Part shown: positions 49,606 to 61,087 of the stretch, piece by piece | Position numbering within the stretch: position 1 is the stretch's first letter | How the letters are laid out: every line of letters starts with the position of its first letter | Assembly: GCF_006345805.1 (NCBI RefSeq) | Contig: NC_043022.1 | Location: forward strand, 4,402,001-4,466,000 | DNA from: Octopus sinensis | Lineage: Eukaryota | Reading direction: 5' to 3' | DNA length: 64,000 nt | Notes under the pieces: generated by a model | Told to the model about the DNA's origin: nothing | The model's input: the letters and a program-made list of their open reading frames with translations, nothing else | The model's database searches: none | Made by a program: the position numbers and the translations under genes

Positions 49606-49986
49606 CAACCTTTATTCTCTAGAAAAACGACGACGCCGTGGTGATCTCATTCTTGCTCACAACATCATAAGTGGAAAGTGTAACCCCTCGAAAGAACTGT
49701 TCTTCACTCCTGCTCCAGAGCGTCGGCTGTGGGGTCACTCCGAAAAGCTCTATTTGCGACGACTTCATCTCAATCGAAGGAGAGGGGCTTTCTCTGTCCG
49801 GGTTGCGGATCCGTGGAATAAGCTGCCGGACAAGATGGTGAAGATGCTGACGACTGCTTGGTTCAAAGTCTCCCTTGACCACAAGTGGCCTGAACTCTTT
49901 GTATGAACACCACCCTGTACATAACTCCATGTCCCCCTACATGGCCTTGCTTTTTGCTTTTTGAGCCAAAAATTAACTAACTAACT
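49606..49986 (+). mobile_element. CR1-clade LINE 3' end with an open 99-codon frame, inserted into a SINE A tail (7-bp TSD)
   Basis: 49607-49906 reads NLYSLEKRRRRGDLILAHNIISGKCN...WGHSEKL...RRGAFSVRVADPWNKLP...FKVSLDHKWPELFV*; (TAAC)n tail; TSD AACAACT at 49599-49605 and 49987-49993. Confidence 0.92.
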
Positions 49987-50094
49987 AACAACTGAAAGAT
50001 AAGAGTGTGTGTGTGTGCGCCCAAAGAATTTCTAATAAGGGACATGCTTGACTTTCCTAGATGTACAATCTTGTAACTCCTATTAGCAAATGAA

Positions 50095-50432
50095 GCTGCA
50101 TGGCTCAGTGGTTAGAGTGTCAGGATCACAACCATGAAGTAGTAAGTTCAATTCCCGGACCAGGCTGCATGTTGTGTTCTTGGGCAAGGCACTTTATTTC
50201 ACGTTTCTACAGTTCACTCAGCTGTAGAAATGAGTTGCGATGTCACAGGTGCCAAGCTGTATCGGCCCCTTTGCCTTTCCCTTGGATAACATCAGTAGCA
50301 TGGAGAAGTGAGACTAGTATGCATGGGCAACTGCTGGTCTTCTATAAACAACCTTGCCCAGACTTGTGCCTCAGAGGGGAACTTTCTAGGTGCAACCCCA
50401 TGGTCATTCATGACCAAAGGGGGTCTTTACTC
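50095..50432 (+). mobile_element. tRNA-derived SINE family D
   Basis: A-box TGGCTCAGTGG, B-box-like AGTTCAATTCC, GTGTTCTTGGGCAAGGCACTT core; homolog at 11438-11785. Confidence 0.8.
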
Positions 50433-53400
50433 TTTTACCCTTTATTAGCAAATAAAATTAGGCAATGGTGAATGAATAACCCTTTCAACTAAAGGCGCAC
50501 AAGGCCTCAAATCTGGCAGTGCTTAACTAGCACTTAATTTATCGACCCTGAAAGGAGGAAAGGCAAAGTTGGCCTCAGCAGAATTTGAACTCAGAACGTA
50601 ACAACATACTAACGATTCTGCCAGCTCACTACCTTATATGGGGAATTAATAATACCAAACATTTTTTGCGAATCTCTTTGATATGTAATTACTCTTGCAA
50701 ACCATGTTTTCCAGTATTTTTCAACTCCAATGTGCACCTCACATAAATCATCATCGCTTTCCATGCTAGCATGGGTTGGACGGTTCGACCGGGGATCTGG
50801 GAAGCCAGAAGGCTGCACCAGGCTCCAGTCTTATCTGGCAATGTTTCTACAGCTGGATGCCCTTCCTAACGCCAACCACTCCGTGAGTGTAGTGGGTGCT
50901 TTTTACGTGCCACCCGCACGTAATAATAATTCTTTCTACTAGGGGTACAAGGTCTGAAAGTTTAGCGGAGGGTGCTAGTTGATTACATCAACCCCAGTGT
51001 TTTACTGGTACTTATTTTATCAGCCTCAAAAGGATATAAACTACAAATAGATTTAGAATACTGGAATGAGCAAAATGCGCTTCAGGAGGACACAGCTCAG
51101 TTTTAATGGTATCTACATAACACACACACACACACAAAGAAGCAAGGATAGTTAAATCCAAACAAATATTTTTTTGAGCACTCTATAGCAACAGTATTTG
51201 GTTAACTGGATCAACGAGTGATAACCATCACGAACCATGAAGTCCTTGCAATTACAATTACATTTATACTCCTGCTTGATTAGTAAAGCGAAAGTTCGTT
51301 TTTGAAGATTTCAGAGTAGAGCATAAAGCAAAAAGAAAGAAGAATAGAAAATTATATATTTTTTTTAATTTACAACTTTATAATCCATAATTTGCTCACG
51401 CACATTTCAGATAAGCCAATGTTATGTAATATAATGAAGTGTTAATTCAGCACGTAAATCGATCCATATTTAATCAACTATAATATTATATAGATCTCGA
51501 AAATCAATGCTGGTTACATCCTCCTCAGAGCAACCATACTACAAACACTATCCCATACATATGCATACGCGTGTGTGCGTGTCTGTGAGACATTCTATTA
51601 AGGACACAGAAGAAGATAAAAACTGACTAATAAAAGACAAATCAGATTGAACACATTCACACACGCCCATAATTTGACTATTTGGAAGAAAATATAAACA
51701 GAAAAATATCTAACTGCCACCGAGCGCAAAATCACATCAGCCATATTGCACTCGGCTGGTGGTGGGATCAACCGAAAATCAAATTTACTTTTGTTGCGTG
51801 TATGTAATTATATATATTCCATCACATACAGTCATATACACACTTGCACACACATTCATATTATAGACACAAACACACACACACACAGGCGTTCATATAC
51901 ATCCTCGTTAAACAGAGAGAACATTTTGAAAATGCAATTTGCTTGTCGTTTATAATATTTTCACAGAGATTAGGTTAATGGAGAACACAATCAGAACTTT
52001 ATAAAATAAAAATGAACGAAACATTGGAACAAGGTGACATGTTCTAGAAAGGGAGGAGGGGGGGACACAGTGGAATTTAATAACAATAATAATGATGATG
52101 ATGATGATTATGATGATAAGAATACATTGTGTGTGTTTTATATATCAATGTCAACAACTGAATATTAACTTATTTTCTCTCGTTATTTCTTGGGAAAGAG
52201 ACAGATGTTAGCACTGGTGGGGGGGGGGGTGAAAATGCTGAGAGAGAAGGGGAGGAGATGGGGAAATAGAAGGAGAGATATAAGGAGAGAAGGAGTGAGA
52301 GTGATAAGGAGAGGTTGGAGAAGTAGTGAAAAAAAGAGAAAGAGGAGGACAGGCAAGAAGTGTGAGAGAGGTAAACTGACTTCATTATGCAATCTGCTCC
52401 TCCTGTTTGAGGGAGTTCTGGCTGCTGTTTCTAGCAGGCAAACAAGGTTTATTTGCAGACAGAGAGAGAATGGGAGGTGGGGGAATGGCAACAAAGGAAA
52501 AAGTGAATGAAACCAGAAAGAAACAAAGGGAGGGATTTATGGGGGTGGGTGAGAATGGTTGCAGGGAAGGATAGGAGTAGGGGACACATCAGTGGGAGGG
52601 GGGAAAGGCAGGGTTGCTGGTGGTGCTATAGAAAGCTTGTAACGAGGCAGGGGAGGATGAGGAGGGTAGAGCAAAAGGGTGGTGGTGGAACTGGACTCTA
52701 CAGGACAGACTAGTACAGGGAAAGGGAAGCAAGGGGACAACAGGGGGACAGACAGACTGACGTGCAGGAGGGGAGGACATAGCGGTGGTGGGGACTGAGA
52801 GGAAATCAGTTTCATGGAACCAATAATTGACCCCATGGTCTTCAACGCTTTGAACAATTCTGAATCCCATTTTGATGGACATGCTATTATTAAGAGACTG
52901 ATCCACTAATAAGGGAACTAAAAGGGTCCTGCTGTCACATACAGACCTTGTCACCAGATAACATTACATTATTGGGGTTTGAACCATTTCAAAACAATGT
53001 CTGAAATATTGATGGTGGGTCTTTTGTTCTACGGACATTCAAATATTTTATTAGAAGCTTGCTTCTCAACCGTGTGGACTTGGGTTCAGCCCCATGGTGT
53101 GGCACCTTGGGCAAGTGTCTTCAGGATGGCCAAAGTCAGGTAAGTGCATTTGAAAGACAGAAATTGAAAGAAGCCCATGATGTGTGTGAGTGTGTGTTTG
53201 TTTCTGACCACCACTTGAAAGCCAGAGTTGGTTTGTTTACTCCAGTTTAGTAAAACAGATCAATAAAGTACCAGAATCTAAAAAACAAATACTGGGGTTG
53301 ACTTGTTTGGCTAAATCCATCAGGGTAGTGCCCCAGCATGGCCACAGTCCAAAGACTGAATATGTAAAAGCAAAGATAAAGTCAAAGGAAGTGAAGACCA

Positions 53401-53619
53401 AAAGAGAGATCAACTCCTAAATAAATCTTTTAATAAGTGGCATTAAATAGGAGAGAAATAAAATCTGTAATTGACATATTTTAATCTTTTAGTAGATTAC
53501 TCGGTCAAATGTAATGCTTATTAATTCCCATTGTTTTGTATTAATCATGGATTATCTCGTAGCTTTGAGATTTCAATGATGTAATGATGGCGCAATAAAC
53601 ACCATTCATGCATGGGTTG

Positions 53620-54120
53620 TTGCCAGTGCCGCCTGACTGGCTCCCTGTGCTGGTGACACATAAAAAGCACCATCCAGACATGGTCAATGCCAGCTCTCCT
53701 TCCCCACCCCCCGACTGGCTCCTGTGCTGTTAGCACATAAAAGACACCATCTGAACGTGGCCGATACCAGTGCCGCCTGACTGGCTCCCCGTACTGGTGA
53801 CACATAAAAAGCACCATCTAGATGTGGTCAAGGCCAGCTCTCCTTCCCCACCCACCCCGACTGGCTCCTGTGCTGTTAGCACATAAAAAAACACCATCTG
53901 AACGTGGCCGATACCAGTGCCGCCTGACTGGCTCACATGCCGATGGAAGGCACGCACTACACTCTCGGAGTGGTTGGTGATAGGAAAGGCATCCAGCTGT
54001 AGAAACATTGCCAGATCAGATTGGTGCCTGGTGTGACCTACTGGCTTTCCAGTCTCCGGTCAAACCGTCCAACCCATGCCAGCATGGAAAACGGACACTA
54101 AACGATAATGATGATGATGT
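53620..54120 (+). mobile_element. Family R element with a duplicated two-monomer unit
   Basis: GTGCCGCCTGACTGGCTC at ~53625, ~53769 and ~53918; core and (GAT)n tail. Confidence 0.85.
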
Positions 54121-54241
54121 CACCACTTATTTTTAGAATGACATTGTACGGTTGGTGTGAGAAGCCAGACCTGGCCACTCTGAACATAAAACAGGTAGAA
54201 TATCTAATATCCGTACACATTACTGCTGTATATGTCATTAA

Positions 54242-54590
54242 CCCTTTAGCATTCGGATTACTCCGTCAGATTGCAATGCTTATCTATCCACATTGTTTTA
54301 AATTAATCCTGTATTATGTCATAGCTTTGAGATTTCAAAGATGTGATTATTTTACACTCAGAATGGCATTGTAAGGTAGGTGTAAGAGGCCAGATTTGGC
54401 TGATTTGAACATAAAGCAAGTTAAATATTTAGGCTGGCTATGGCCACCTTAACTCTTTTGTTCCTGCATTTCGGTTGAATGACTCTGCTTTTGTTTCAAT
54501 CCATTTTGAAAACAATAAAGAACCTGATGACATAATTAGGTCATCATGGGGCCCGTGTTTGGCACATGAATTAGCATAAAATTTTGAAGA
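54242..54590 (+). mobile_element. P1 MITE lacking its right TIR, fused at a TTAA to a P2-like MITE
   Basis: TTAA-CCCTTTAGCATT at 54238; junction GCCACC-TTAA-CTCTTTTG at ~54449. Confidence 0.7.
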
Positions 54591-55129
54591 AAGGTTTTAA
54601 TTCAAATCACTTTAAAACAAGAAGGTTGTATCCTAGAACTGGAGCCAGTCCTTACAGGCAATTTGATGGCAATTTGGTTGCAACTAGTAACCCTCCTCTC
54701 CCCGCACATCGCTTACAGGTGATCTGAGGGAACTTTAGCAGCTATTGGTATCCACCAACCACAGCCAGAAAGGTTTTAATTCAAATCACTTTAAAACAAG
54801 AAGGTTGTATCCTAGAACTGGTGCAAGTCTCTCCCCTTACAAGCAATTTGAAGGCAGTTTGGCTGCAACTAGTAACCCTCCCCCACATCGCTTACAGGTG
54901 ATCTGAGGGAACTTTAGCAGCTATTGGTAGCCACCAACCACAGCCAGAAAGGTTTTAATTCAAATCACTTTAAAACAAGAAGGTTGTATCCTAGAACTGG
55001 TGCCAGCCTCTCCCCTTACAGGCAATTTGAAGGCAGTTTGGTTGCAACTAGTAACCCTCCATTCCCCCACATCGCTTACAGGTGATCTGAGGGAACTTTA
55101 GCAGCTATTGGTATCCACCAACCACAGCC
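54591..55129. repeat. 179-bp tandem repeat, 3 copies
   Basis: AAGGTTTTAATTCAAATCAC starts at 54591, 54770 and 54949. Confidence 0.95.
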
Positions 55130-56619
55130 AATATATTGTGTAGACAAAGACGGAAAATAAAATTACAAAACCTGAAAATAAGAAAAAACTAGTTGAGAAG
55201 AGAGACGACAAAGAAACTAGTTTTTAATACCGAGTTCTTCCAAGTCAGCCAGCAGCAAAACACAGAGGTTTATATTTATAGCACTTAATGGAATCAAGAC
55301 TGAGAACAAGAGAAGAATAAGACAGACAAAAAAAATAAGCTAATTAAGAAAATAATTAAATAGGAAAAGCGAGGTGGAATTGGAAATTAAAGATGCTGAT
55401 TACACTCTGTAGAATGTAAATGGTTTCGCTTTTTTTTTTTGTTTCTTAATGAATGTCTAGACTGGAAAATTTGTATTTTATTTCAATATTTATTTAAATT
55501 ATTTCTAAAAATTAAAAAAAAATATTTATATATTTAAAACGACTGCTTTAAAAAGAAAATCAGAAATAAAATGTTTTGTATGAAACGGTGGACTTGAAAC
55601 AATAAACTAAATTAATAAACACTTCCTATAACAATCATTTTTTTTTTTCTTTCTTTCTTGTAGGTATAGTTGTATGGTAAGAAGCTTGCTTCTCTTATGA
55701 TATTGTTCCGGGTTCAGTCCCTCTGCATGGCATCTTGAGAAAGTGCCTTCTACTATAGCCTTGAGCCAACCAAAGCCTTGTGAGTGGATTTGGTAGACAG
55801 AAACTGAAAGCCCGTTGTGTGTGTGTGTTTCTTTGCCCCCACCACCACCATTTGACAACCAGTGCTGGTGTGTTTAAGCCTGTAACTTCGTGGTTCAGCA
55901 AAAGAGACTGATAAACTAAGAATCAGGCTTTCAGGGAGGGAAAAAAAGCACGAGGGTCAATTCATTCGACTAAAACTCTTCAGGGCAGTGCCCCAGTATG
56001 ACCACAGTCTATTGACTAATACAAGTAAAAGATAAGAGAATATATCTTTGGCAGGAGGCCATAACTGTAAAAATGGATAACCAAAGTCTTCAGTAATTGC
56101 TGAATGTAGGACATCACTTTTACAACTACCATCATCATCATCTGGTCAGGTGACTTGCCCTGACCAATGCAACTCTTGCATGCCAGACGTCCTGATTGGA
56201 CAATGCAGCAGGAATGCCTGGCTTTCGTTTTAGTCACACTGGTCTTTCATTAGCTGAAATATCTCCTCTGGACACCCCAAAACCACAAACAATAACAGGA
56301 GTTTACTAACTGAAGTGGTTGATCCTTGCCAGGGACACTTTGTTTTCTGTTCCTCCATTCAGCATCTAAAGATATTTGCCGCTGATTCAATAAGTTCCAT
56401 TTACCAAAAAACGTCCACATCCACCATGTTGCATCCCATGATTTCAACATATTCTGGCTCAGATGGTTACACACTATTTACCCCATGGCTGGGACTTTGA
56501 CAGATGCTACTATTTCAGGTCAGAGAAGACATGGGAACAACAATGGTTAAGAGGTGGTTCCACTTTCCTCAAAACCCTTGAACCCCTGATTAAGGGTCCC
56601 ACTACCGAACGCAGTTTAA

Positions 56620-56838
56620 CCCTTTAGTATTTAAACCGGCCATATCCGGCCAAAATAGTTAATCTGTTTTATGTTCAAACTGACCAGATCCAGGCCCTCA
56701 CACCTACCCTACAATGTTATTCTACATTAGGTAATTACACCATCAAGATCTTGAAGATATGAGATAATGCATGATTAAGTCAAATCAATGGGAATCAATA
56801 AGCATTATGTTTGAGAGAATAATCTGAACACTAAAGGG
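56620..56838 (-). mobile_element. TTAA-specific MITE, family P1
   Basis: TTAA at 56616-56619 and 56839-56842; 6 differences from 7706-7924. Confidence 0.9.
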
Positions 56839-57003
56839 TTAAAGGGTTCTAAAGAATAACTTTGGCAGGCCATACAGTAGAAACTAACCAATAATTCTTG
56901 GAGGTTCTTGATTTTAGAACGTCTTCCTCATAATCAGAACACCTGACGATTATAACTAAACACTCATATATTACAGTACATTTGTCATATATTATTCATT
57001 TCA

Positions 57004-57468
57004 GGCGGCGAGCTGGCAGAAACATTAGCACGCTGGGCGAAATGCGTAGCCGTATTTCGTCTGTCGTTACGTTGCGAGTTCAAATTCCGCCGAGGTCGAC
57101 TTTGCCTTTCATCCTTTCGGGGTCAATAAATAAAGTACCTATTTCTTTATTACCCACAAGGGGCTAAACACAGAGGGGATTAAACAAGGACAGACATAGG
57201 TATTAAGTCGATTATGTCGACCCCAGTGCGTAACTGGTACTTAAGTTATCGACCCCGAAAGGATGAACGGCAAAGTGGACCTTGGCGGAATTTGAACTCA
57301 GAACGTAACGGCAGATGAAATACTGCAAAGCATTTCGCCCGGCATGCTAACGATTCTGCCAGTTCGCCCAATAAATAAAGTACCAGTTACGCACTGGGGT
57401 CGATGTAAACGCCTTAATCCCTTTGTCTGTCCCCTCTATGTTTAGCCCCTTGTGGGCAATAAAGAAAT
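57004..57468 (+). mobile_element. SINE family B (17-bp TSD) carrying an inverted family B copy (57140-57368, 16-bp TSD)
   Basis: Outer TSD ATATATTATTCATTTCA at 56987-57003 and 57469-57485; inner TSD CAATAAATAAAGTACC at 57124-57139 and 57369-57384. Confidence 0.93.
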
Positions 57469-58276
57469 ATATATTATTCATTTCATTATCCAGCTTCTTT
57501 TCCTTCACATTTCAGGTATACTAAAGACCCTTTTTGTTGCTGCTTCAAGCAAAGAGTTGTCTGACTTATGACAAAAAGGGGCTTCAGTATGCCTGAAATG
57601 TGAAGGGAATGATGATGGGTAATGAAACGAATGATGTATGGTGAATGTAATGTAATATGTGTGTGTTTAGTTATAATCCTCTGAATATTTTTATTAAGGC
57701 ATCTTTGGCAGAAAGGCCATACAATAGAAGAAAAAAGATTAATTAATAGTAGTTCTTGTTGGTGCTTAAGTTTACAACATCACTTTTATTTCTATCATAA
57801 CTATAGAATAACAAAAGTAAAAATGATGTTCTGATCTCAAAGGTCACCCATTCTTGGCCTTAGTTCAAGATCCCCTGCCCCACCACTCGTAGGAGTTAGC
57901 GGCAGTCTAATTTGATTTAATACAGCAAGCTGCTAACGAACTTCCATGTGTTGAACAAGAAAACTTTGACTAATGAAGACGATAGCCGTATGAAGGAGAT
58001 GAGGGGGAAACAGTTAAGTCAAGGCCTGAAATTGGCCCCAAGACATACAGGGGGAGAGAACTCTAAATCTTAAAAAAAAAGCAAATTGATAGGGGTTATG
58101 AGAGACTACTAAAATAATTAAAAGTTAAGGGGGGGGGGGGCAATTAATCTAATTTCAAGCAGCAGCCATGTGAATGCACACAGGAAGTAAAAGCAGCAGG
58201 CATTTTTGGTCCAACTGTAATATAAGAGTTTGTGTATACATACACTACACTATATATATATATATATATATTGCAA

Positions 58277-58370
58277 CAATTTAAATTCCCAGTTCACTAC
58301 TTTCTTCTTCAATTTCAACTCCCGCTCGATGACCGCAGAAAGTTCTTTTAAAAATTTATCTTACTATATA

Positions 58371-58404
<34 letters not shown>

Positions 58405-59303
58405 TCGTTGTTAATACGTTTATTCATACAACTGTACGAAAATTTAACCTTTTTAAGATACTTTCAAGCCTTCGCCATAACTTGATTTATCTTCCTATCT
58501 CTCTCTCTACAATATTTACCGCAGGCTGCCTCAAGCCGTAATCCCATCTTTTTCCCATCTTTCAGTCATTGGCGGCTTCTTTTCCTCCTCTTCTTCTTCA
58601 TATGCTAAAACTTGAAAACCGCCATTACTATTACTATTACGATTCTGCAATTTAAATTCCCAGTTCAACTACTTTCTTCTTCAATTTCAACTCCCGCTCG
58701 ATGACCGCAGAAGTTCTTAAAAAATTTATCTTACTATATTTGTTTGTTTTTTTTTTTTTTTTTTTTTATTCGTTGTTAATACGTTTATTCATACACTGTT
58801 ACGAAAATTTAACCTTTTTTAAGATACTTTCAAGCCTTCGCCATAACTTGATTTATCTTCCTATCTCTCTCTCTACAATATTAACCGCAGGCTGCCTCAA
58901 GCCGTAATCCCATCTTTTTCCCATCTTTCAGTCATTGGCGGTCTTCTTTTCCTCCTCTTCTTCTTCATATGCTAAAACTTGAAAACCGCCCCATTACTAT
59001 TACTATTACGATTCTGCAATTTAAATTCCCAGTTCAACTAACTTTTTCTTCAATTTCAACTCCCGCTCGATGACCGCAGCAAGTTCTTAAAAAATTTATC
59101 TTACTATATTTTTTTTTTTTTTTTTTTTATTCGTTGTTAATACGTTTATTCATACATGTTACGAAAATTTAACCTTTTTTAAGATACTTTCAAGCCTTCG
59201 CCATAACTTGATTTATCTTCCTATCTCTCTCTCTACAATATTTAACCGCAGGCTGCCTCAAGCCGTAATCCCATCTTTTTCCCATCTTTCAGTCATTGGC
59301 GGT
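58277..59303. repeat. ~370-bp tandem repeat, 2.8 copies, each containing a 20-30-nt poly(T)
   Basis: CAATTTAAATTCCCAG starts at 58277, 58648 and 59017. Confidence 0.95.
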
Positions 59304-59749
59304 GCGCCCGCCCCCCACCCCCACCACCAATACCGTTGAACACTGTTCTCACCCCCACCACCAATACCGTTGAACACTGTTCTCACCCCCCCCCACCACC
59401 AATACCAGTATACCCCGTTCTCTCTATCTACACCGGATACACCTTACTCATCTACACTGGGTACGCCCTACTCCCTCCTCCTCCTCCCACTACCACTTCT
59501 CCTCATATGCTAAGACAAGCTGCTAGCGCCATAGCTCATCAACTGCCCACCGATCTTACGCTTCCTCCTGACACTGCCTCAATCCGACCATCCCCTTTTA
59601 GTACCCTCCCGCCTCGTCACCTACCCATTCTAAGTACCCCCCTACCCATTCTAAGTACCCCCCTACCCATTCTAAGTACCCCGCGGATCCCCAAAGTACC
59701 CCGGATCCCCAAAATACCCCAATCCCCAAAGTACCCCGGACCTCGTTGC

Positions 59750-60001
59750 CCCCGTGCCGCTGACACGTTAAAATGCTCGAATCCAATCGTGACGATGCGG
59801 ACCCTCCGGCCCCTGTGCAGGTGGCACGTAAAAAGCACCCAATCCACTCACGGAGTGGTTGGCGTTAGGAAGGGCATCCAGCCGAGAAACTCTGCCAGAT
59901 TCAGACTGGAGCCTGGAGCGGCCCCTGGCTTCCCAGACCCGGTCAAACCGTCCAACCCGTGCTAGCGCGGAAAGCGGACGTTAAACGATGATGATGATGA
60001 T
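59750..60001 (+). mobile_element. Family R element
   Basis: Core and (GAT)n tail. Confidence 0.8.
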
Positions 60002-60111
60002 ATATATATATATATATATATTATACCGGAGGAAGCACATAAATGTGAAACAAGGTGGAAAAATTAGTACTCAAATACTGGAGGTACAGTAATATGCTTT
60101 ACTAATAAAGC

Positions 60112-60144
<33 letters not shown>

Positions 60145-60288
60145 TATACATATATAAAACACACAAGATGCAGTTCAATTGATTTGTTCCCTACACACAT
60201 AAGATATTATATATATCTAATATATTTTTCAAGGCAGTGTTCCAGCATGGCTGCTGTCAAATGACTGAAAAAAGATAAGAGCTTTATA

Positions 60289-60511
60289 CAGGGGTTGGCC
60301 AAAAGTCAGCTGACAGTAAATCAAAACCATTTAATTCCAAGTTTTAACAACTGAATGAATTTAATAAAAGCATCTAAATATGAAACATCATGAAAATTGT
60401 TCAAACTGAAGTCCTTCTTGAGCGACATATTTTCCTTTTGAGACAGTACAGAATTACAGAGAGCATTTATGGAATTTTGATTTACTGTTGGGTGACTTTT
60501 GGCCAACCTTG
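60289..60511. mobile_element. Tc1/mariner-type MITE
   Basis: ~30-bp TIRs CAGGGGTTGGCCAAAAGTCA...ACAGTAAA and its reverse complement; TA on both sides. Confidence 0.85.
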
Positions 60512-60579
60512 TATATATATGGGCAATAAAGTGTGCTTGAGAAGTGTGCTTGTTGAGTCGAGTGAAATCATTGTCTTGG

Positions 60580-61085
60580 CCAATGCCAGTCCTGCCTGAC
60601 TGGCACCCATGCTGGTGGTGTGTAAAAAGCACCATTTGAGCGTGATCAATGCTAGTCCTACCAGACTGGCTTCCATGCCAGCAGCACATAAAATTTACCA
60701 TACAAACATGGTTGTTGCCAGTGCCAGTGGAACATAAAATGCACCATTCGAGCAGGATTGATGCCAGTCCAACCAGACTGGCTCCCTTGCAGGTGGCACA
60801 TAAAATGCACCAAACAAACATGGTCATTGCCAGTGCAACCTGACAAGCTCCCATGCTAGTGGCATGTAAAAAGCCCCATTCAAGCATGGTCGTTGCCAGT
60901 GCCGCCCGACTGGCCTTCATGCCAGTGGCACATAAAAAGCACCCACTACACTCCCGGAGTGGTAGGCATTAGGAAGGGCATCCAGCCATAGAAACCATGC
61001 CAGATCAGATTGGATCCCAGTGCAGCCTTCTGGCTTACCAGTCCTCAGTCAAACCGTCCAACCCATGCCAGCATGGGAAGCAGAT
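60580..61085 (+). mobile_element. Family R element with about 6 diverged monomers
   Basis: Repeated GCAC(A/G)TAAAA / GCCAGT...GACTGGC units, then the core. Confidence 0.8.
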
Positions 61086-61087
61086 GT

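Noticed and set aside
52589-52954. 121-aa minus ORF
   Set aside because: Half is the complement of a polypurine tract, there is no recognisable motif, and it has no ATG start or convincing splice sites.
59600-59740. Telomeric repeat variant
   Set aside because: No TTAGGG units; these are only short G-rich local duplications.
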